Virus record (IMG/VR): IMGVR_UViG_3300047091_000002
Coordinates: 32,001-96,000 of that record
Reading direction: 5' to 3' (one strand)
Source: a virus
Length of the DNA: 64,000 bases
Each line of letters begins with the position of its first letter. Positions within the stretch are counted from its first letter, which is position 1. Below, one piece after another: positions 56,912-64,000 of this stretch. Under the pieces are notes generated by a model, which was not told the DNA's origin, ran no database searches, and saw nothing but the letters and a program-made list of their open reading frames with translations. A program made the translations under genes and the position numbers.

Positions 56912-56939
56912 ATGTAGAGGGTAACAGTACCCTCTACAT
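56912..56939 (-). terminator. hairpin terminator of the PD-(D/E)XK gene
   Basis: ATGTAGAGGGTA / TACCCTCTACAT 12-bp stem; TTTT follows on -. Confidence 0.7.
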
Positions 56940-57353
56940 AACATCAAAATTTGAAGGTATATACATAATTTCGTTTTTATTATCGGGAAAGACTAACGCC
57001 AAAACATCGTATTTAGTTGTATTTACTGGCTTTGCATAGGTTATCTTTCCCTTATGAGATATTCTTGCGGTTTTAATTTCTATTCTATAGAGTTGGTCAT
57101 TTTTTTGCGCTATGATGTCAGCAGAACAAGACGGGGAAACAGCCCTAAAAACCTCGAACCCTCTATGAAGTAGATCAGCGCACACTATTAACTCGGACGC
57201 AGCCCCCGTACTAGCTGGCGTACTGGCAGATATTGTAAGCGGTTTAGGAAGCGCGTAACTTAGAGATTTACACTTTTTAGTACAAAAAAGTTGTCGGTAT
57301 TTATATACAGATTTGTATTGCTTACCGCAATTTTTACAAGATTTGTAAAACAT
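56934..57353 (-). CDS. PD-(D/E)XK endonuclease with N-terminal Zn finger (homing-endonuclease-like)
   Basis: CKNC...FCTKKC; GAASELIV...GFEVF...ADIIA...RIEIKT. Confidence 0.8.
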   Translation of the reverse strand: MFYKSCKNCGKQYKSVYKYRQLFCTKKCKSLSYALPKPLTISASTPASTGAASELIVCADLLHRGFEVFRAVSPSCSADIIAQKNDQLYRIEIKTARISHKGKITYAKPVNTTKYDVLALVFPDNKNEIMYIPSNFDVM

Positions 57354-57359
57354 TTTAAT

Positions 57360-57388
57360 ATTTTATCACAGTTACAGCGATTTGTCAA
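57360..57388 (-). promoter_or_regulatory. sigma70-type promoter for the PD-(D/E)XK gene (leaderless)
   Basis: TTGACA-17 nt-TAAAAT with TG; ATG 6 nt after -10. Confidence 0.8.
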
Positions 57389-57405
57389 ATACGTTTGGGA
57401 CATCT

Positions 57406-57437
57406 AGGCAAGGTATCTAATACGGTATCTTGCCTTT
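57406..57437 (+). terminator. terminator-like hairpin
   Basis: AGGCAAGGTATC / GGTATCTTGCCT then TT. Confidence 0.6.
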
Positions 57438-57564
57438 AAGCATTGCTAGGTTTGTTTGTAGGTTAGTTACTAATGAAAGTGAGGTATCTATATGCTGCCC
57501 TAGATAATCTGCGGTTGCGAGATTAAAAAGGCATACAAACAAAGAATACAATTTTAACGCAATT

Positions 57565-57595
57565 GGCAAGGTGGATTTATTCTATCTTGCCTTTT
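57565..57595 (+). terminator. terminator-like hairpin
   Basis: GGCAAGGTGGA / TCTATCTTGCC then TTTT. Confidence 0.65.
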
Positions 57596-57729
57596 GCTGT
57601 CGCTAGGTTCGATTTTAAGAGGTTTTTACTTCTAGAATGAATCTTTCCTAGTCTAAGGCGCAACGATTCGTTAAAAACGATTCTAGCGCATTTATTAACA
57701 TACTCTATGCCTATAGATATTTTCTAGGG

Positions 57730-59312
57730 TATAGGGTTTAACCGATTCTGCAATATCGGAAAAATTGCAATGCTAAACACTCTTTATCGAAGTGGCGGAA
57801 AGCACGTTAGCGGGACGCTGACCCTTATTCGCAAGCATTATAAGTAAATCGGTTATGTCAGAGTAACGAGTCAGATCAATGACGTTCAACACAATTGACT
57901 GTGATATTTGACTTGCTGATTAATCCATTAGCGACGTATAGGGCAAGGGCTGATTACGTTAAGCTATAAAGTTTTGTTATTGACCGGAGATGACCGAGGC
58001 CACATTGTAAAATGAGGGTACACGCTACCTCCCAACGCAGTGACGAAGGAAAACTGCGTTCAAGATGCGACGAAAGCACCTTGTCTCAATAACAAATCAG
58101 GCAATACCCGTGAAGTGGTGGAGTAGTCGGTTCTAGGTTGGAAGTAGAAGGAAACTTCTATATAATATCTAGTGACGCTGGCAAAGAGTGGCAGAGGGAA
58201 ATTAAATATAAATTTTCTTTATAGGGGCTGCCCTTCCTAGCTATAGGGTTTAACCCGTCGTAAGTAGTATAAAAAACGACAAGATACAGCCGTCACTTTA
58301 GGTTCCTAGAACATAGACAAAATTACATAGACAGGATTTCGTGAATGCTATGGCTACTCACGAAACTAGGGACTTTTATTCCTAGTAGTACGAGATTGAC
58401 GACCGGGGCGTGTCTCATTTAGCAATCGGTATGTTTATTATAGAGAATTGCATATTGAGCGTGTGAACGTGTGTGTCGTCAACCGAACGGCTACCTTATG
58501 TGATAGTTAAAAAAGCCTAGTCAGATAGTCCAATAGATGTAAAACTGCGTAATCACGGAGTACCGACTGGTACTCTAGCTGGCAAAACCTTAGTGAGATA
58601 TGTAATTGAGCATATCAAAACTCTTTGTACCTAGTTTCGTGGTCGTTGCGCGTTCTTTTTTGTAGCATCATGCGAGGATAAAAAAGAACAAGTTTAAGAA
58701 ACCTACGCAGTTTTACTAAATTAGTCAATCGTGAAATCTTCGTGATTCCAGATAACATGCTGGGCGAGATTACTCGTTGCTATAACTCATAGTGTGACGA
58801 GACTCGATAAATGATTGACTAATTTAGTCACATCGAGCGATAATAGAGTATATAACTCTGGAGCTTGGACCTAATCACTGACGATAAACTCTATGATTAG
58901 CGGGTAGAACGCGAATGCCCGAATAGCCGATAGCTGCGGATCAATTGTAATGGATAGTCATCAAGGATTTTCCACCTCTTAAACTCCTGGATTCTCCGTA
59001 TACATCCCCATATGACTATCTGTTTCAGTTGATCCATATGCGACGAAGGCTTAATTTGCGCGTCGTTTCTTGATTCATCTAAAAGAAACGTTACAACCAG
59101 ATGACAACCTACCTTAGATTATTCTCTATTAACCTCAAAGTTCCCTGTAATGCAGTCTCAAAGTTCCTTAGCGATTTGAAAAGACATTTCGGATAGATTT
59201 ATTCTATCGGAATTAACGATAAACGATTACAGTGATTTGAGTACAATTCAGATAACTATATTAGTTATTGGAGCTAACGACAAGTTAATATGGTAATTTA
59301 AGGTAGGTTGAA
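57730..59312 (+). ncRNA. candidate giant (~1.6 kb) multi-domain structured ncRNA; may be more than one RNA
   Basis: No ORF of 60 aa or more on either strand; more than 15 nested helices verified by eye, including 13-bp, 16-bp and 11-bp long-range stems; GAAA tetraloop; G-U pairs favour + strand; ends 11 nt before tRNA-Glu. Confidence 0.7.
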
Positions 59313-59321
59313 AGATAATTT

Positions 59322-59394
59322 GGGGCTATGGACAAGTGGTTAAGTCGTTTCCCTTTCAAGGAAAAGATCGAGGGTTCAAATCCCTCTAGCCCTA
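59322..59394 (+). tRNA. tRNA-Glu(TTC)
   Basis: Cloverleaf: GGGGCTA/TAGCCCT acceptor, GAC/GTC D stem, TTTCC-CTTTCAA-GGAAA anticodon arm, GAGGG-TTCAAAT-CCCTC T arm; no encoded CCA. Confidence 0.92.
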
Positions 59395-59443
59395 CATAAT
59401 ATCGAAAATAGATTTTTAGAAAAACAATAGAAAGGCATCACCA

Positions 59444-59593
59444 ATGATTTCAACAGTACAGGAATTAATTGATCAATTGAAAAAATTTGATCCGTTGGCA
59501 AAACCGATGATCTACAATCCCAACATGGAATGCGATGAGGAAATACACGCCATAACAGCATTTCCCCAAGAGAATGTTGTTATTTTAGATTAA
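59444..59593 (+). CDS. 49-aa hypothetical protein (not in ORF track)
   Basis: MISTVQELIDQLKKFDPLAKPMIY... typical small phage ORF. Confidence 0.5.
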   Translation: MISTVQELIDQLKKFDPLAKPMIYNPNMECDEEIHAITAFPQENVVILD

Positions 59594-59718
59594 TGACTTG
59601 GAAAAAAGAGGTTGATTCTGTGAGCGCAAGCTTATACGGAAATTACAGCATTGAAAGCTTAAAAAGAATTCATACTGGTTCGCGCCTAGTGTGTCTTTCG
59701 ATAGGTTCTGCGTAAAAC

Positions 59719-59946
59719 TTGGAGGTTTTAATGTCTTACCACGCCAACTACTACGACCGGGAGCCTTACCACTTTGAGCAAATCTCTTTTGAAGAAATGC
59801 TTGGATGGGTCGCTCGTGAAAGTAAGCTAACCGGTGAAAAGCAATCTGATCTTATGAGCCTGATCTGCGGAAACGGGATGCGAAATTCATTTGGAAATAT
59901 TGTCCGCAGAGTTGGCCCGGACAGATTCTATATTTACCTTTACTGA
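59719..59946 (+). CDS. hypothetical protein (likely start MSYHA)
   Basis: RBS GGAGG. Confidence 0.55.
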   Translation: MEVLMSYHANYYDREPYHFEQISFEEMLGWVARESKLTGEKQSDLMSLICGNGMRNSFGNIVRRVGPDRFYIYLY

Positions 59947-60101
59947 TGCCCGTTTACTGAGATAACCGTTATGAAATTTTTACAACTCCTAATCAATCAA
60001 TTCGCGATCAACGTCACAACCGCAGATGGCGAAGACCTAAACATCAATGTCCTCAACCTGACGGCGGTTACAAAATCCAAGTATTGAATCTATGAGGTAT
60101 T

Positions 60102-60446
60102 ATGTTCTCAACTACAATAGAATCTGGGGGAATGAAGAGATCCCTTACGTTATTTGTTGACGACATAGATGTAGGATTTATTTTTATCCGTATTGACAAA
60201 TTAACGGGGACATTTTCTACTCTTAATGTTTATTATAAATATAGAGGGAAGGGATACGCCCAACAAATACTTAAAGATGCTATTAAGCATTGCCAACTCC
60301 TCGGACTACGGAAAATTGAAACCTCTATTCTTGCCAAAAACAAAACCTCAATGCACATACACAAGAAAGTCGGATTCGAGATAGTTTCATCAAAATCTAC
60401 CATTCAAGGAAAAGAATTCTTTTTACGGAAAATTTTGTCTAAATAG
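60102..60446 (+). CDS. GNAT-family acetyltransferase
   Basis: LNVYYKYRGKGYAQQIL (motif A) and N..SMHIHKKVGF (motif B). Confidence 0.82.
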   Translation: MFSTTIESGGMKRSLTLFVDDIDVGFIFIRIDKLTGTFSTLNVYYKYRGKGYAQQILKDAIKHCQLLGLRKIETSILAKNKTSMHIHKKVGFEIVSSKSTIQGKEFFLRKILSK

Positions 60447-60455
60447 GAGAATAGC

Positions 60456-60659
60456 ATGGACAACAAACAATTTGTACGAATCGCTTGGCTTGCTATCGAA
60501 CAACTTCAAAATCGGTACGAAAATGATAGAGAATGGAGAATAGGATACCGAGATGAAGCCCTTGAGATATTTGATTCTTTGACTGATAAGCAAAGAGAAG
60601 AGATGTATCAGCAATACAGAGTATCAAGGCACGACATTGAAACGTGGGGAGGTTATTAA
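60456..60659 (+). CDS. hypothetical protein
   Basis: RBS AGGAGA. Confidence 0.6.
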   Translation: MDNKQFVRIAWLAIEQLQNRYENDREWRIGYRDEALEIFDSLTDKQREEMYQQYRVSRHDIETWGGY

Positions 60660-60739
60660 TGCCAACCCACATCTGTCTTGTAACTAATATTTAAGATGGT
60701 CCTTGTTACGAATGTGATGCAGAAAGTGAGAAATTAATC

Positions 60740-61099
60740 ATGGATAACGAAAAGACAGCTTCCATAAATCTAGATGGCATTAAAATGAAGGTAGTTTCAT
60801 CTAGTGGAGTTATTGGTTCCGAAACTATTTTTACTTTTTGGCAAACTGGGAATCTTGTGTACGCCGATTACGTTGGCGGAGATATAATTAAAGGATTTCT
60901 AGCGGGAAAAAGTTCAAATAACGGAGAAGAACTTGACTTTCGATATGTTCAGTTAGACATCAATGGAAATTTTGACAGTGGCACTTCAACATGCGATGTT
61001 TTTAGAAACAAAAAAGGAAATATTGAAATGCGGGAATACTTTGCGTGGACCTCTCGAAAAGGAGAGGGAAAAAATATACTGAAGGAAATAAAAGAATAA
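60740..61099 (+). CDS. small beta-barrel protein (family often labelled 'N-acetylglutamate synthase')
   Basis: ETIFTFWQTGNLVYADYVGGDIIKGFL...LDFRYVQ...G.S.C...E.F.W pattern. Confidence 0.6.
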   Translation: MDNEKTASINLDGIKMKVVSSSGVIGSETIFTFWQTGNLVYADYVGGDIIKGFLAGKSSNNGEELDFRYVQLDINGNFDSGTSTCDVFRNKKGNIEMREYFAWTSRKGEGKNILKEIKE

Positions 61100-61280
61100 T
61101 TATGTTGCCTAAATTAGTTAAGAGAAACGCAATCCAACCTAAACAACTAATTCTGAAGCCTACCTTACGAGACCTCTCGCGTAATCTAACTCTGATAGTT
61201 AAAGAATTTAGGGCTACGAAGAGGTTGGAGAATTCCAGAAACCAATTTCAACAACTATTTAAGTAAAAGAGACTTCGGAT

Positions 61281-61556
61281 ATGAATAAAAGGATAATTTC
61301 TTGGAGCGTTGGTGAAGTAACATTCAGTCGGGGTTTTATCTTCGGAAATTATAATAATTCCTACTCGGCATTTACTAAGTTAATTAAAGAAGCCAAGAAG
61401 GATTTCCCTAGCCTGTCTAACGAAGACATCGAGTTAAGTAAAATAACCAAAAGCTCTTATATGAAGGGCTTTATCTTTGTTAGCTTCCCCGTCAGAGCTA
61501 AGATGGTTCACAAAGAGTATTCAAATTGGAGTAGATTCGATTTTGATGATCATTAG
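61281..61556 (+). CDS. hypothetical protein
   Basis: ORF in early run. Confidence 0.55.
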   Translation: MNKRIISWSVGEVTFSRGFIFGNYNNSYSAFTKLIKEAKKDFPSLSNEDIELSKITKSSYMKGFIFVSFPVRAKMVHKEYSNWSRFDFDDH

Positions 61557-61564
61557 GAGGATGT

Positions 61565-61705
61565 ATGAAACTATATAGATTTTATTGGAATGGCGGGAGA
61601 ATGATTGATAAGACTGGCGAAACACCACAAGAAGCTATCCAAAAAATAGAATTCAAAGATATTCTTGATGCCCCGGATAGTTACGAAGAAATTTTTGAAG
61701 AATAA
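61565..61705 (+). CDS. 46-aa hypothetical protein (not in ORF track)
   Basis: RBS AGGAGG; MKLYRFYWNGGRMIDKTGETPQEAI... Confidence 0.55.
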   Translation: MKLYRFYWNGGRMIDKTGETPQEAIQKIEFKDILDAPDSYEEIFEE

Positions 61706-61914
61706 AAGAGCTTAATGAAAACGGACACGTTAAAATAACATTCGGAGGTTAGTTATGACTACAGTTATATATGAGAAGATTGATCCCAGTCTAGGCAGTA
61801 TAACAGCAGCAGGGTGGGTTGCATTGACATTGTTTGCATTGCACCTAATTGCAATTTCCATAAACCATATAAAAGTAACAACCTTGAACCTTAACCAACG
61901 ATAAAGGATATACT

Positions 61915-62151
61915 ATGAGATATAAATCTGATAAAACACTTGGATGCGGTTGTTTTTTGTTAATTATTGCATTTAATCTTACCGTTGGCGCTCTAGCATT
62001 TCAATACTCTCTCTCTACAGTATTCGGGAAAAACATCCCTTGGTACGGAGATGTTATTGCGGGGTTATTTCTAGGGGAATTTACAATTCCTTGTGCTATC
62101 GTTTGTTGGATTATAACACTTTGCGGAGTTGAAGCTCCCTTTGTAAGATAA
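61915..62151 (+). CDS. small membrane protein
   Basis: GCGCFLLIIAFNL...PWYGDVIAGLFLGEFTIPCAIVCWII. Confidence 0.65.
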   Translation: MRYKSDKTLGCGCFLLIIAFNLTVGALAFQYSLSTVFGKNIPWYGDVIAGLFLGEFTIPCAIVCWIITLCGVEAPFVR

Positions 62152-62174
62152 AGATGGGGTAGAGGAACCCTAAA

Positions 62175-62495
62175 ATGACAGAAAGAATTTTTGCATGTTG
62201 CGGAGGAACCAGCCCTTATCATATAAAATATTGTCAGTATGCGCCCGAAAACAAAGATAAGCAGCTTGTAGTCAAGCCAGTAATTCCCTTACTAGGCGAT
62301 GATGGAAAGCCGAATGGGCGTTATTATGCTGATTTCCCAGAGAAAACCATAATACACGGATGGAATACGGAGAGGGTTGCCGTATATGCATACGGAGTTG
62401 CTCCAAAAAATGTAATATGTGAAGAACCTAGATATTTTTCGTATGTCGGTACGTGTTTAACAGAAGTTCAATATATTGATTCGGAGGAATGTTAG
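62175..62495 (+). CDS. hypothetical protein
   Basis: RBS GAGGA; CCG...H..YC. Confidence 0.55.
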   Translation: MTERIFACCGGTSPYHIKYCQYAPENKDKQLVVKPVIPLLGDDGKPNGRYYADFPEKTIIHGWNTERVAVYAYGVAPKNVICEEPRYFSYVGTCLTEVQYIDSEEC

Positions 62496-62681
62496 ATGTC
62501 AACAATTATAATTTCTTGTCACTGCGAGAATTCCTATCAGGATGAAAAATATGGATTCCATAAAAGAGTTCATAACCTTACAACACTACCCAAAATTTCA
62601 GAAGGACAGCAGACAAAAGGTGGTAGACCAGTTAAAGCCAGATGCACAATCTGTTCAAATGTTAAAGAAGTTAAAAATTAG
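62496..62681 (+). CDS. small Zn-binding protein
   Basis: CHC..SYQDEKYG..KRVHN...RCTIC. Confidence 0.6.
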   Translation: MSTIIISCHCENSYQDEKYGFHKRVHNLTTLPKISEGQQTKGGRPVKARCTICSNVKEVKN

Positions 62682-62690
62682 GAAAATACA

Positions 62691-63131
62691 ATGGATATTG
62701 AAAAGGATTTGCAAAATCTTGCCGTACTTAGGGCAAACAACAAGGGACACATAATTGGTATTTTTAATGCGCTCGATGAAAATATACAAGAGGCTATATG
62801 CCCTAGATGTAATAAATCTGTATTTATCAATTTGAAACGATTCTCATCTCAACTTATGACAGGTAGGGCATTATTTGAAGAATGCCAAGAATCGCTGCTA
62901 ACAGCAAAATTTGGATTTGAAGTTACTGAAAATCTCTCGAATTATCCAAGCGTATATCAAGATGAAACCACCCTTAGAGTCATCTTAACTGGTTGGAAGG
63001 GGTCAACCGTAATCTATGAGGCTCTAAAATTCGCTTTGGAAAATGATTTTCTTACCAAATGCGCGGCAGACGGAGTTTCTAAAGAAGAAGTTCAACAAGC
63101 TTTACATGCTCTAGGCGGAGTAGTTGACTAG
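62691..63131 (+). CDS. hypothetical protein (CPRC)
   Basis: RBS AGGA. Confidence 0.55.
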   Translation: MDIEKDLQNLAVLRANNKGHIIGIFNALDENIQEAICPRCNKSVFINLKRFSSQLMTGRALFEECQESLLTAKFGFEVTENLSNYPSVYQDETTLRVILTGWKGSTVIYEALKFALENDFLTKCAADGVSKEEVQQALHALGGVVD

Positions 63132-63458
63132 AAAAACGAGGTTATTATGAGAAGTAACAAATACTTCCATCCAGAAAAATATTCCAATTCCATTACTATT
63201 TTAGATAGATTAGTTGATACAAGCCCGATGTCTAAAACAGGGAATGATTGGATAAAAAGGATAAGGGGCAGATTAATGGAGTCAGAAAATTATCTTGCGT
63301 GGGAGTATAAAGTCAAAAAATCATGAAGGCTACGATTATTAAAACTACTATCATCTGTATAGTTCAATGTCCCAATTGCAAATACAAACAAGACTACGCA
63401 AATCAAAGAGAACCCGGAGATCCCTTTTGGTGCTGTATGTGCAATTGGAAAGGCGAGG

Positions 63459-63689
63459 TTGGTAAAAATGCCGCTTAAAGAATATGAAGTTAGAAATATA
63501 CTTACAAATACGATAGTTGTGGAAGCTTATTTGGATTTACTTAGTCGCAATCTTTTTACCCATCCAAATTCATACCCAGAAGATGTAGAAAAAGAACTTC
63601 CAAAAATAATAGAAATGGTAGGAATACTTTCTCGAACCACAACTAGACTATTAGAAATCTATGATAACCGTAATTCTAATCTCACCTAA
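63459..63689 (+). CDS. hypothetical protein
   Basis: ORF overlapping the next start. Confidence 0.5.
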   Translation: MVKMPLKEYEVRNILTNTIVVEAYLDLLSRNLFTHPNSYPEDVEKELPKIIEMVGILSRTTTRLLEIYDNRNSNLT

Positions 63690-64000
63690 AGACGAATTTA
63701 ATGTTGCTCAATCCTTAAGAAATCTAGCAGAATTAGCCGGAGATGAGCCAGCTAAATTAGTTGTTGTTAATCGTAGATACGTACCGGCAACAGGAGAAAA
63801 AGGCGATAGAAAACCCCGACCCTTTAGAATGAAGGCGTATGACCACGTTCAAGTTGAATATCATGAATCAATTCCTAATTGGGCTTATCTTGATTCTGGA
63901 AGAACTGTTGTGGTAGAATGTTTAGACTGGGCTACATCCCTTCCTACCTTTAAACACCCTAAAAATCCTATCTATATATTCGGACCAGAAGATGGAAATA
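63661..64000 (+). CDS. SpoU/TrmH-family (SPOUT) RNA methyltransferase, truncated by the window end (not in ORF track)
   Basis: Manual translation MITVILISPKDEFNVAQSLRN...VVVECLDWATSLPTFKHPKNPIYIFGPEDGN: SpoU motif 1 (PK..NV...R) and motif 2 (IFGPEDG). Confidence 0.8.
   Translation, partial: MITVILISPKDEFNVAQSLRNLAELAGDEPAKLVVVNRRYVPATGEKGDRKPRPFRMKAYDHVQVEYHESIPNWAYLDSGRTVVVECLDWATSLPTFKHPKNPIYIFGPEDGN

Noticed and set aside
57730-59312. Group I or group II intron as the explanation for the structured region
   Set aside because: No flanking exons to rejoin, the tRNA is intact, and no GUGYG start, domain V hairpin or ordered P7 R/S elements were identified
59376-59561. 61-aa - strand ORF overlapping the tRNA
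   Set aside because: Antisense to the tRNA and to a better + strand ORF at 59444-59593
1-64000. CRISPR array, DGR, retron, integrase
   Set aside because: No regularly spaced direct repeats, reverse transcriptase motifs, TR/VR pair or recombinase motifs were seen
1-64000. Stop-codon reassignment
   Set aside because: Structural genes form full-length ORFs under the standard code, and TAA, TAG and TGA all end genes

Overview
This is a 64 kb segment of a large tailed phage genome, probably a siphovirus: it has a 1903-aa tape measure protein and a tail tube, and no sheath gene was found. The host is most likely diderm. There are three blocks. (1) 1-6556 (+): accessory genes with three complete and one partial glycosyltransferase-like ORF and a GIY-YIG endonuclease. 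(2) 6557-51671 (-): late genes, read right to left as small terminase, large terminase, portal, protease, scaffold, capsid, head-tail proteins, tail tube, chaperones, tape measure, an outer-membrane beta-barrel, a 2298-aa tail tip, a tail fibre, a cluster of small membrane proteins containing a stand-alone PAS domain, a GH24 endolysin, a ClpP-like peptidase and a metallophosphoesterase. (3) After an AT-rich, GATC-free divergent switch region (~51.7-53.8 kb), a + strand early block. It holds orphan proteins, a family of related terminators, a ~270-nt structured RNA candidate, a ~1.6-kb ORF-free region full of nested long-range helices ending just before tRNA-Glu(TTC), a GNAT and a partial SpoU/TrmH RNA methyltransferase. 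The ~1.6-kb region is the best candidate for an undescribed system (a giant structured ncRNA). All calls come from manual reading of motifs and base pairing; no searches were run.
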